Assembly (NCBI GenBank): GCA_964016885.1
Contig: OZ024742.1
Location: forward strand, 376,464,001 to 376,528,000
DNA: 64,000 nucleotides
Origin: Eledone cirrhosa
Taxonomy: Eukaryota
Direction of reading: 5' to 3'
The translations under genes were made by a program, and so were the position numbers. The notes beneath the pieces are model-generated. The model made no database searches, was not told where the DNA came from, and worked only from the letters and a program-made list of their open reading frames with translations. Positions 1 through 15,000 of this stretch are shown here, piece by piece (position 1 is the stretch's first letter; every line of letters begins with the position of its first letter).

Positions 1-3000
1 TCTGTAACAATAGATATATAGTTAAAACCATCAACTCTCACAGATTGTCACTTTTACAACAATACTATGTAACAGCAGTCTCTGTAACAATAGATATATA
101 GTTAAAACTATCAACTCTCACAGATTGTTAGTTTTACAACAATACTATGTAACAGCAGTCTCTGTAACAATAGATATATAGTTAGAACTATCAACTCTCA
201 CAGATTGTTACTTTTACAACAATACTATGTAACAGCAGTCTCTGTAACAATAGATATATAGTTAAAACTATCAACTCTCACAGATTGTTAGTTTTACAAC
301 AATACTATGAAACAACAGACTCTGTAACAATAGATATATAGTTAAAACCATCAACTCTCACAGATTGTTACTTTTACAACAATACTATGTACCAGAAGTC
401 TCTGTAACAATAGATATATAGTTAAAACTATCAACTCTCACAGATTGTTAGTTTTACAACAATACTATGTAACAGCAGTCTCTGTAACAATAGATATATA
501 GTTAAAACTATCAACTCTCACAGATTGTTAGTTTTACAACAATACTATGTAACAGCAGTCTCTGTAACAATAGATATATAGTTAAAACCATCAACTCTCA
601 CAGATTGTTAGTTTTACAACAATACTATGTAACAGCAGTCTCTGTAACAATAGATATATAGTTAAAACTATCAACTGCCACAGATTGTTAGTTTTACAAC
701 AATACTATGTAACAACATTCTCTGTAATAATAGATATATAGTTAAAACTATCAACTCTCACAGATTGTTAGTTTTACAAACAATACTATGTAACAGCAGT
801 CTCTGTAACAATAGATATATAGTTAGAACTATCAACTCTCACAGATTGTTAGTTCTACAACAATACTATGTAACAACAGTCTCTGTAACAATAGATATAT
901 AGTTAAAACTATCAACTCTCACAGATTGTTAGTTTTACAACAATACTATGTAACAACAGTCTCTGTAACAATAGATATATAGTTAAAACTATCAACTCTC
1001 ACAGATTGCTAGTTTTACAACAATACTATGTAACAGCAGTCTCTGTAACAATAGATATATAGTTAGAACTATCAACTCTCACAGATTGTTAGTTTTACAA
1101 CAATACTATGTAACAACAGTCTCTGTAACAATAGATATATAGTTAAAACTATCAACTCTCACAGATTGTTAGTTTTACAACAATACTATGTAACAACAGC
1201 CTCTGTAACAATAGATATATAGTTAAAACTATCAACTCTCACAGATTGTTAGTTTTACAACAATACTATGTAACAGCAGTCTCTGTAACAATAGATATAT
1301 AGTTAGAACTATCAACTCTCACAGATTTTTAGTTTTACAACAATACTATGTAACAGCAGTCTCTGTAACAATAGATAATATATAGTTAAAACTATCAACT
1401 CTAAACAGATTGTTAGTTTTACAAACAATACTATGTAACAGCAGTCTCTGTAACAATAGATATATAGTTAAAACTGTCAACTCTCACCGATTGTTAGTTT
1501 TACAACAATACTATGTAACAGCAGTCTCTGTAACAATAGATATATAGTTAAAACCATCAACTCTCACAGATTGTTACTTTTACAACAATACTATGTAACA
1601 TCAGTCACTGTAACAATAGATATATAGTTAAAACCATCAACTCTCACAGATTGTTAGGTTTACAACAATACTATGTAACAGCAGTCTCTGTAACAATAGA
1701 TATATAGTTTAAAACCATCAACTGTCACAGATTGATAGTTTTACAACAATACTATGTAACAGCAGTCTCTGTAACAATAGATATATAGTTAGAACTATCA
1801 ACTCTCACAGATTGTTACTTTTACAACAATACTATGTAACAACAGACTCTGTAACAATAGATATATAGTTAAAACTATCAACTTTCACAGATTGTTAGTT
1901 TTACAACAATACTATGTAACAGCAGTCTCCTGTAACAATAGATATATAGTTAAAACTATCAACTCTCACAGATTGTTACTTTTACAACAATACTATGTAA
2001 CAGCAGTCTCTGTAACAATAGATATATAGTTAAAACTATCAACTCTCACCGATTGTTAGTTTTACAACAATACTATGTAACAGCAGTCTCTGTAACAATA
2101 GATATATAGTTAAAACTATCAACTCTCACAGATTGTTAGTTTTACAACAATACTATGTAACAGCAGTCTCTGTAACAATAGATATATAGTTAAAACTATC
2201 AACTGCCACAGATTGTTAGTTTTACAACAATACTATGTAACAACATTCTCTGTAATAATAGATATATAGTTAAAACTATCAACTCTCACAGATTGTTAGT
2301 TTTACAACAATACTATGTAACAGCAGTCTCTGTAACAATAGATATATAGTTAAAACTATCAACTCTCACAGATTGTTAGTTTTACAACAATACTATGTAA
2401 CAACAGTCTCTGTAACAATAGATATATAGTTAAAACTATCAACTCTAAACAGATTGTTAGTTTTACAACAATACTATGTAACAGCAGTCTCTGTAACAAT
2501 AGATATATAGTTAAAACTATCAACTCTCACCGATTGTTAGTTTTACAACAATACTATGTAACCGCAGTCTCTGTAACAATAGATATATAGTTAAAACTAT
2601 CAACTGCCACAGATTGTTACTTTTACAACAATACTATGTAACAGCAGTCTCTGTAACAATAGATATATAGTTAAAACCATCAACTCTCACAGATTGTTAC
2701 TTTTACAACAATACTATGTAACAGCAGTCTCTGTAACAATAGATATATAGTTAAAACCATCAACTCTCACAGATTGTTACTTTTACAACAATACTATGTA
2801 ACAGCAGTCTCTGTAACAATAGATACATAGTTAAAACTATCAACTGCCACAGATTGTTACTTTTACAACAATACTATGTAACAGCAGTCTCTGTAACAAT
2901 AGATATATAGTTAAAACCATCAACTGTCACAGATTGATAGTATTACAACAATACTATGTAACAACAGTCTCTGTAACAATAGATATATAGTTAAAACCAT

Positions 3001-6000
3001 CAACTCTCACAGATTGTTAGTTTTACAACAATACTATGTAACAGCAGTCTCTGTAACAATAGATATATAGTTAAAACTATCAACTCTCACAGATTGTTAG
3101 TTTTACAACAATACTATGTAGCAGCAGTCTCTGTAAAAATAGATATATTGTTAAAACTATCAACTCTCACAGATTGTTAGTTTTACAACAATACTATGTA
3201 CCAGCAGTATCTGTAAAAATAGATATATAGTTAAAACCATCAACTCTCACAGATTGTTAGTTTTACAACAATACTATGTAACAGCAGTCTCTGTAACAAT
3301 AGATATATAGTTAAAACCATCAACTCTCACAGATTGTTACTTTTACAACAATACTATGTAGCAGCAGTCTCTGTAACAATAGATATATAGTTAAAACTAT
3401 CACTCTCACAGATTGTTAGTTTTACAACAATACTATGTAACAGCAGTCTCTGTAACAATAGATATATAGTTAAAACTATCAACTCTCACAGATTGTTAGT
3501 TTTACAACAATACAATGTAACAGCAGTCTCTGTAACAATAGATATATAGTTAAAACCATCAACTCTCACAGATTGTTACTTTTAAAACAATACTATGTAA
3601 CAGCAGTCTCTGTAACAATAGATATATAGTTAAAACTATCAACTCTCACAAGATTATTACTTTTACAACAATACTATGTAACAGCAGTCTCTGTAACAAT
3701 AGATATACAGTTAAAACTATCAACTCTCACAGATTGTTACTTTTACAACAATACTATGTAACAGCAGTCTCTGTAACAATAGATATATAGTTAGAACTAT
3801 CAACTCTCACAGATTGTTAGTTTTACAACAATACTATGTAACAGCAGACTCTGTAACAAAAGATATATAGTTAAAACTATCAACTCTCAGAGATTGTTAG
3901 TTTTACAACAATACTATGTAACAGCAGTCTCTGTGACAATAGATATATAGTTAAAACCATCAACTGTCACAGATTGTTACTTTTACAACAATACTTATGT
4001 AACAGCAGTCTCTGTAACAATAGATATATAGTAAAAAACCATCAACTCTCACAGATGGTTAGTTTTACAACAATACTATGTAACAGCAGACTCTGTAACA
4101 ATAGATATATAGTTAAAACTATCAACTCTCACAGATTGTTACTTTTACAACAATACTATGTAACAGCAGACTCTGTAACAATAGATATATAGTTAAAACC
4201 ATCAACTCTCACAGATTGATACTTTTACAACAATACTATGTAACAGCACACTCTGTAACAATAGATATATAGTTAAAACTATCAACTCTCACAGATTGTT
4301 AGTTTTACAACAATACTATGTAACAGCAGACTCTGTAACAATAGATATATAGTTAAAACTATCAACTCTCACAGATTGTTAGTTTTACAACAATACTATG
4401 TAACAGCAGTCTCTGTAATAATAGATGTATAGTTAAAACTATCAACTCTCACAGATTGTTAGTTTTACAACAATACTATGTAACAACAGTCTCTGTAACA
4501 ATAGATATATAGTTAAAACCATCAACTCTCACAGATTGTTAGTTTTACAACAATACTATGTAACAGCAGTCTCTGTAACAATAGATATATAGTTAAAACT
4601 ATCAACTCTCACAGATTGTTAGTTTTACAACAATACTATGTAACAGCAGTCTCTGTAACAATAGATATATAGTTAAAACTATCAACTCTCACAGATTGTT
4701 AGTTTTACAACAATACTATGTAACAGCAGTCTCTGTAACAATAGATATATATTTAAAACCATCAACTGTCACAGATTGTTAGTTTTACAACAATACTATG
4801 TAACAACAGTCTCTGTAACAATAGATATATAGTTAAAACCATCAACTCTCACAGATTGTTAGTTTTACAACAATACTATGTAACAGCAGTCTCTGTAACA
4901 ATAGATATATAGTTAAAACTATCAACTCTCACAGATTGTTAGTTTTACAACAATACTATGTAACAGCAGTCTCTGTAACAATAGATATATAGTTAAAACT
5001 ATCAACTCTCACAGATTGTTAGTTTTACAACAATACTATGTAACAGCAGTCTCTGTAACAATAGATATATAGTTAAAAACATCAACTATCACAGGTTGTT
5101 ACTTTTACAACAATACTATGTAACAGCAGTCTCTGTAACAATAAATATATAGTTAGAACTATCAACTCTCACAGATTGTTAGTTTTACAACAATACTATG
5201 TAACAGCAGTCTCTGTAACAATTGATATATAGTTAAAACTATCAACTCTCAGAGATTGTTAGTTTTACAACAATACTATGTACCTGCAGTCTCTGTAACA
5301 ATTGATATATAGTTAAAACTATCAACTCTCACAGATTGTTAGTTTTACAACGATACTATGTACCAGCAGTCTCTGTAACAATAGATATATAGTTACAACT
5401 ATCAACTCTCACAGATTATTACTTTTACAACAATACTATGTAACAGCAAGTCTCTGTAACAATAGATATATAGTTAAAACTATCAACTCTCACAGATTGT
5501 TAGTTTTACAACAATACTATGTACCTGCAGTCTCTGTAACAATTGATATATAGTTAAAACTATCAACTCTCACAGATTGTTAGTTTTACAACGATACTAT
5601 GTACCAGCAGTCTCTGTAACAATAGATATATAGTTAAAACTATCAACTCTCACAGATTGTTAGTTTTACAACAATACTATGTACCAGCAGTCTCTGTAAC
5701 AATAGATATATAGTTAAAACTATCAACTCTCACAGATTGTTAGTTTTACAACAATACTATGTACCAGCAGTCTCTGTAACAATAGATATATAGTTAAAAC
5801 TATCAACTCTCACAGATTGTTAGTTTTACAACAATACTATGTAACAGCAGTCTCTGTAACAATAGATATATAGTTAAAACTATCAACTCTCACAGATTGT
5901 TAGTTTTACAACAATACTATGTAACAGCAGACTCTGTAACAATAGATATATAGTTAAAACTATCAACTCTCACAGATTGTTAGTCTTACAACAATACTAT

Positions 6001-9000
6001 GTAATAGTAGTCTCTGTAACAATAGATATATAGTTAAAACCATCAACTCTCACAGATTGTTAGTTTTACAACAATACTATGTAACAGCAGTCTCTGTAAC
6101 AATAGATATATAGTTAAAACCATCAACTCTCACAGATTGTTACTTTTACAACAATACTATGTAACAGCAGTCTCTGTAACAATAGATATATAGTTAGAAC
6201 TATCAACTCTCACAGATTGTTAGTTTTACAACAATACTATGTAACAGCAGTCTCTGTAACAATAGATATATAGTTAAAACTATCAACTCTCACAGATTGT
6301 TAGTTTTACAACAATACTATGTAACAGCAGTCTCTGTAACAATAGATATATAGTTAAAACCATCAACTCTCACAGATTGTTAGTTTTACAACAATACTAT
6401 GTAACAGCAGTCTCTGTAACAATAGATATATAGTTAAAACCATCAACTCTCACAGATTGTTAGTTTTACAACAATACTATGTAACAGCAGTCTCTGTAAC
6501 AATAGATATATAGTTAAAACTATCAACTGCCACAGATTGTTAGTTTTACAACAATACTATGTAACAACATTCTCTGTAATAATAGATATATAGTTAAAAC
6601 TATCAACTCTCACAGATTGTTAGTTTTACAACAATACTATGTAACAGCAGTCTCTGTAACAATAGATATATAGTTAGAACTATCAACTCTCACAGATTGT
6701 TAGTTCTACAACAATACTGTGTAACAACAGTCTCTGTAACAATAGATATATAGTTAAAACTATCAACTCTCACAGATTGTTAGTTTTACAACAATACTAT
6801 GTAACAACAGTCTCTGTAACAATAGATATATAGTTAAAACTATCAACTCTCACAGATTGCTAGTTTTACAACAATACTATGTAACAGCAGTCTCTGTAAC
6901 AATAGATATATAGTTAGAACTATCAACTCTCACAGATTGTTAGTTTTACAACAATACTATGTAACAACAGTCTCTGTAACAATAGATATATCGTTAAAAC
7001 TATCAACTCTCACAGATTGTTAGTTTTACAACAATACTATGTAACAACAGCCTCTGTAACAATAGATATATAGTTAAAACTATCAACTCTCACAGATTGT
7101 TAGTTTTACAACAATACTATGTAACAGCAGTCTCTGTAACAATAGATATATAGTTAGAACTATCAACTCTCACAGATTTTTAGTTTTACAACAATACTAT
7201 GTAACAGCAGTCTCTGTAACAATAGATAATATATAGTTAAAACTATCAACTCTAAACAGATTGTTAGTTTTACAACAATACTATGTAACAGCAGTCTCTG
7301 TAACAATAGATATATAGTTAAAACTGTCAACTCTCACCGATTGTTAGTTTTACAACAATACTATGTAACAGCAGTCTCTGTAACAATAGATATATAGTTA
7401 AAACCATCAACTCTCACAGATTGTTACTTTTACAACAATACTATGTAACATCAGTCACTGTAACAATAGATATATAGTTAAAACCATCAACTCTCACAGA
7501 TTGTTAGTTTTACAACAATACTATGTAACAGCAGTCTCTGTAACAATAGATATATAGTTAAAACCATCAACTGTCACAGATTGATAGTTTTACAACAATA
7601 CTATGTAACAGCAGTCTTTGTAACAATAGATATATAGTTAGAACTATCAACTCTCACAGATTGTTACTTTTACAACAATACTATGTAACAACAGACTCCG
7701 TAACAATAGATATATAGTTAAAACTATCAACTTTCACAGATTGTTAGTTTTACAACAATACTATGTAACAGCAGTCTCTGTAACAATAGATATATAGTTA
7801 AAACTATCAACTCTCACAGATTGTTACTTTTACAACAATACTATGTAACAGCAGTCTCTGTAACAATAGATATATAGTTAAAACTATCAACTCTCACCGA
7901 TTGTTAGTTTTACAACAATACTATGTAACAGCAGTCTCTGTAACAATAGATATATAGTTAAAACTATCAACTCTCACAGATTGTTAGTTTTACAACAATA
8001 CTATGTAACAGCAGTCTCTGTAACAATAGATATATAGTTAAAACTATCAACTGCCACAGATTGTTAGTTTTACAACAATACTATGTAACAACATTCTCTG
8101 TAATAATAGATATATAGTTAAAACTATCAACTCTCACAGATTGTTAGTTTTACAACAATACTATGTAACAGCAGTCTCTGTAACAATAGATATATAGTTA
8201 AAACTATCAACTCTCACAGATTGTTAGTTTTACAACAATACTATGTAACAATAGATATATAGTTAAAACTATCAACTCTAAACAGATTGTTAGTTTTACA
8301 ACAATACTATGTAACAGCAGTCTCTGTAACAATAGATATATAGTTAAAACTATCAACTCTCACCGATTGTTAGTTTTACAACAATACTATGTAACCGCAG
8401 TCTCTGTAACAATAGATATATAGTTAAAACTATCAACTGCCACAGATTGTTACTTTTACAACAATACTATGTAACAGCAGTCTCTGTAACAATAGATATA
8501 TAGTTAAAACCATCAACTCTCACAGATTGTTACTTTTACAACAATACTATGTAACAGCAGTCTCTGTAACAATAGATATATAGTTAAAACCATCAACTCT
8601 CACAGATTGTTACTTTTACAACAATACTATGTAACAGCAGTCTCTGTAACAATAGATACATAGTTAAAACTATCAACTGCCACAGATTGTTACTTTTACA
8701 ACAATACTATGTAACAGCAGTCTCTGTAACAATAGATATATAGTTAAAACCATCAACTGTCACAGATTGATAGTATTACAACAATACTATGTAACAACAG
8801 TCTCTGTAACAATAGATATATAGTTAAAACCATCAACTCTCACAGATTGTTAGTTTTACAACAATACTATGTAACAGCAGTCTCTGTAACAATAGATATA
8901 TAGTTAAAACTATCAACTCTCACAGATTGTTAGTTTTACAACAATACTATGTAGCAGCAGTCTCTGTAAAAATAGATATATTGTTAAAACTATCAACTCT

Positions 9001-12000
9001 CACAGATTGTTAGTTTTACAACAATACTATGTACCAGCAGTATCTGTAAAAATAGATATATAGTTAAAACCATCAACTCTCACAGATTGTTAGTTTTACA
9101 ACAATACTATGTAACAGCAGTCTCTGTAACAATAGATATATAGTTAAAACCATCAACTCTCACAGATTGTTACTTTTACAACAATACTATGTAGCAGCAG
9201 TCTCTGTAACAATAGATATATAGTTAAAACTATCAACTCTCACAGATTGTTAGTTTTACAACAATACTATGTAAAAGCAGTCTCTGTAACAATAGATATA
9301 TAGTTAAAACTATCAACTCTCACAGATTGTTAGTTTTACAACAATACAATGTAACAGCAGTCTCTGTAACAATAGATATATAGTTAAAACCATCAACTCT
9401 CACAGATTGTTACTTTTAAAACAATACTATGTAACAGCAGTCTCTGTAACAATAGATATATAGTTAAAACTATCAACTCTCACAGATTATTACTTTTACA
9501 ACAATACTATGTAACAGCAGTCTCTGTAACAATAGATATACAGTTAAAACTATCAACTCTCACAGATTGTTACTTTTACAACAATACTATGTAACAGCAG
9601 TCTCTGTAACAATAGATATATAGTTAGAACTATCAACTCTCACAGATTGTTAGTTTTACAACAATACTATGTAACAGCAGACTCTGTAACAAAAGATATA
9701 TAGTTAAAACTATCAACTCTCAGAGATTGTTAGTTTTACAACAATACTATGTAACAGCAGTCTCTGTGACAATAGATATATAGTTAAAACCATCAACTGT
9801 CACAGATTGTTACTTTTACAACAATACTATGTAACAGCAGTCTCTGTAACAATAGATATATAGTAAAAAACCATCAACTCTCACAGATGGTTAGTTTTAC
9901 AACAATACTATGTAACAGCAGACTCTGTAACAATAGATATATAGTTAAAACTATCAACTCTCACAGATTGTTACTTTTACAACAATACTATGTAACAGCA
10001 GACTCTGTAACAATAGATATATAGTTAAAACCATCAACTCTCACAGATTGATACTTTTACAACAATACTATGTAACAGCACACTCTGTAACAATAGATAT
10101 ATAGTTAAAACTATCAACTCTCACAGATTGTTAGTTTTACAACAATACTATGTAACAGCAGACTCTGTAACAATAGATATATAGTTAAAACTATCAACTC
10201 TCACAGATTGTTAGTTTTACAACAATACTATGTAACAGCAGTCTCTGTAATAATAGATGTATAGTTAAAACTATCAACTCTCACAGATTGTTAGTTTTAC
10301 AACAATACTATGTAACAACAGTCTCTGTAACAATAGATATATAGTTAAAACCATCAACTCTCACAGATTGTTAGTTTTACAACAATACTATGTAACAGCA
10401 GTCTCTGTAACAATAGATATATAGTTAAAACTATCAACTCTCACAGATTGTTAGTTTTACAACAATACTATGTAACAGCAGTCTCTGTAACAATAGATAT
10501 ATAGTTAAAACTATCAACTCTCACAGATTGTTAGTTTTACAACAATACTATGTAACAGCAGTCTCTGTAACAATAGATATATATTTAAAACCATCAACTG
10601 TCACAGATTGTTAGTTTTACAACAATACTATGTAACAGCAGTCTCTGTAACAATAGATATATAGTTAAAACTATCAACTCTCACAGATTGTTAGTTTTAC
10701 AACAATACTATGTAACAGCAGTCTCTGTAACAATAGATATATAGTTAAAACTATCAACTCTCACAGATTGTTAGTTTTACAACAATACTATGTAACAGCA
10801 GTCTCTGTAACAATAGATATATAGTTAAAAACATCAACTATCACAGGTTGTTACTTTTACAACAATACTATGTAACAGCAGTCTCTGTAACAATAGATAT
10901 ATAGTTAGAACTATCAACTCTCACAGATTGTTAGTTTTACAACAATACTATGTAACAGCAGTCTCTGTAACAATTGATATATAGTTAAAACTATCAACTC
11001 TCAGAGATTGTTAGTTTTACAACAATACTATGTACCTGCAGTCTCTGTAACAATTGATATATAGTTAAAACTATCAACTCTCACAGATTGTTAGTTTTAC
11101 AACGATACTATGTACCAGCAGTCTCTGTAACAATAGATATATAGTTACAACTATCAACTCTCACAGATTATTACTTTTACAACAATACTATGTAACAGCA
11201 AGTCTCTGTAACAATAGATATATAGTTAAAACTATCAACTCTCACAGATTGTTAGTTTTACAACAATACTATGTACCTGCAGTCTCTGTAACAATTGATA
11301 TATAGTTAAAACTATCAACTCTCACAGATTGTTAGTTTTACAACGATACTATGTACCAGCAGTCTCTGTAACAATAGATATATAGTTAAAACTATCAACT
11401 CTCACAGATTGTTAGTTTTACAACAATACTATGTACCAGCAGTCTCTGTAACAATAGATATATAGTTAAAACTATCAACTCTCACAGATTGTTAGTTTTA
11501 CAACAATACTATGTACCAGCAGTCTCTGTAACAATAGATATATAGTTAAAACTATCAACTCTCACAGATTGTTAGTTTTACAACAATACTATGTAACAGC
11601 AGTCTCTGTAACAATAGATATATAGTTAAAACTATCAACTCTCACAGATTGTTAGTTTTACAACAATACTATGTAACAGCAGACTCTGTAACAATAGATA
11701 TATAGTTAAAACTATCAACTCTCACAGATTGTTAGTCTTACAACAATACTATGTAATAGCAGTCTCTGTAACAATAGATATATAGTTAAAACCATCAACT
11801 CTCACAGATTGTTAGTTTTACAACAATACTATGTAACAGCAGTCTCTGTAACAATAGATATATAGTTAAAACCATCAACTCTCACAGATTGTTACTTTTA
11901 CAACAATACTATGTAACAGCAGTCTCTGTAACAATAGATATATAGTTAGAACTATCAACTCTCACAGATTGTTAGTTTTACAACAATACTATGTAACAGC

Positions 12001-15000
12001 AGTCTCTGTAACAATAGATATATAGTTAAAACTATCAACTCTCACAGATTGTTAGTTTTACAACAATACTATGTAACAGCAGTCTCTGTAACAATAGATA
12101 TATAGTTAAAACCATCAACTCTCACAGATTGTTAGTTTTACAACAATACTATGTAACAGCAGTCTCTGTAACAATAGATATATAGTTAAAACTATCAACT
12201 GCCACAGATTGTTAGTTTTACAACAATACTATGTAACAACATTCTCTGTAATAATAGATATATAGTTAAAACTATCAACTCTCACAGATTGTTAGTTTTA
12301 CAACAATACTATGTAACAGCAGTGTCTGTAACAATAGATATATAGTTAGAACTATCAACTCTCACAGATTGTTAGTTTTACAACAATACTATGTAACAGC
12401 AGACTCTGTAACAATAGATATATAGTTAAAACTATCAACTCTCACAGATTGTTAGTTTTACAACAATACTATGTAACAGCAGTCTCTGTGACAATAGATA
12501 TATAGTTAAAACCATCAACTGTCACAGATTGTTACTTTTACAACAATACTATGTAACAGCAGTCTCTGTAACAATAGATATATAGTTAAAAACCATCAAC
12601 TCTCACAGATGGTTAGTTTTACAACAATACTATGTAACAGCAGACTCTGTAACAATAGATATATAGTTAAAACTATCAACTCTCACAGATTGTTACTTTT
12701 ACAACAATACTATGTAACAAAAGACTCTGTAACAATAGATATATAGTTAGAACTATCAACTCTCACAGATTGTTACTTTTACAACAATACTATGTAACAG
12801 CAGACTCTGTAACAATAGATATATAGTTAAAACTATCAACTCTCACAGATTGTTAGTTTTACAACAATACTATGTAACAGCAGTCTCTGTAATAATAGAT
12901 GTATAGTTAAAACTATCAACTCTCACAGATTGTTAGTTTTACAACAATACTATGTAACAACAGTCTCTGTAACAATAGATATATAGTTAAAACCATCAAC
13001 TCTCACAGATTGTTAGTTTTACAACAATACTATGTAACAGCAGTCTCTGTAACAATAGATATATAGTTAAAACTATCAACTCTCACAGATTGTTAGTTTT
13101 ACAACAATACTATGTAACAGCAGTCTCTGTAACAATAGATATATAGTTAAAACTATCAACTCTCACAGATTGTTAGTTTTACAACAATACTATGTAACAG
13201 CAGTCTCTGTAACAATAGATATATAGTTAAAACCATCAACTCTCACAGATTGTTACTTTTACAACAATACTATGTAACAGCAGTCTCTGTAACAATAGAT
13301 ATATAGTTAGAACTATCAACTCTCACAGATTGTTAGTTTTACAACAATACTATGTAACAGCAGTCTCTGTAACAATAGATATATAGTTAAAACTATCAAC
13401 TCTCACAGATTGTTAGTTTTACAACAATACTATGTAACAGCAGTCTCTGTAACAATAGATATATAGTTAAAACCATCAACTCTCACAGATTGTTACTTTT
13501 ACAACAATACTATGTAACAACAGTCTCTGTAACAATAGATATATAGTTAAAACCATCAACTCTCACAGATTGTTAGTTTTACAACAATACTATGTAACAG
13601 CAGTCTCTGTAACAATAGATATATAGTTAAAACCATCAACTCTCACAGATTGTTAGTTTTACAACAATACTATGTAACAACAGTCTCTGTAACAATAGAT
13701 ATATAGTTAAAACCATCAACTCTCACAGATTGTTAGTTTTACAACAATACTATGTAACAGCAGTCTCTGTAACAATAGATATATAGTTAAAACTATCAAC
13801 TCTCACAGATTGTTAGTTTTACAACAATACTATGTAACAGCAGTCTCTGTAACAATAGATATATAGTTAAAACTATCAACTCTCACAGATTGTTAGTTTT
13901 ACAACAATACTATGTAACAGCAGTCTCTGTAACAATAGATATATATTTAAAACCATCAACTGTCACAGATTGTTAGTTTTACAACAATACTATGTAACAG
14001 CAGTCTCTGTAACAATAGATATATAGTTAAAACTATCAACTCTCACAGATTGTTAGTTTTACAACAATACTATGTAACAGCAGTCTCTGTAACAATAGAT
14101 ATATAGTTAAAACTATCAACTCTCACAGATTGTTAGTTTTACAACAATACTATGTAACAGCAGTCTCTGTAACAATAGATATATAGTTAAAAACATCAAC
14201 TATCACAGGTTGTTACTTTTACAACAATACTATGTAACAGCAGTCTCTGTAACAATAGATATATAGTTAGAACTATCAACTCTCACAGATTGTTAGTTTT
14301 ACAACAATACTATGTAACAGCAGTCTCTGTAACAATTGATATATAGTTAAAACTATCAACTCTCAGAGATTGTTAGTTTTACAACAATACTATGTACCTG
14401 CAGTCTCTGTAACAATTGATATATAGTTAAAACTATCAACTCTCACAGATTGTTAGTTTTACAACGATACTATGTACCAGCAGTCTCTGTAACAATAGAT
14501 ATATAGTTACAACTATCAACTCTCACAGATTATTACTTTTACAACAATACTATGTAACAGCAAGTCTCTGTAACAATAGATATATAGTTAAAACTATCAA
14601 CTCTCACAGATTGTTAGTTTTACAACAATACTATGTACCTGCAGTCTCTGTAACAATTGATATATAGTTAAAACTATCAACTCTCACAGATTGTTAGTTT
14701 TACAACGATACTATGTACCAGCAGTCTCTGTAACAATAGATATATAGTTAAAACTATCAACTCTCACAGATTGTTAGTTTTACAACAATACTATGTACCA
14801 GCAGTCTCTGTAACAATAGATATATAGTTAAAACTATCAACTCTCACAGATTGTTAGTTTTACAACAATACTATGTACCAGCAGTCTCTGTAACAATAGA
14901 TATATAGTTAAAACTATCAACTCTCACAGATTGTTAGTTTTACAACAATACTATGTAACAGCAGTCTCTGTAACAATAGATATATAGTTAAAACTATCAA

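Noticed and set aside
3974-4192. 72-aa ORF in the 80-bp satellite
   Set aside because: It is a chance reading frame created by local indel variants of the satellite monomer.
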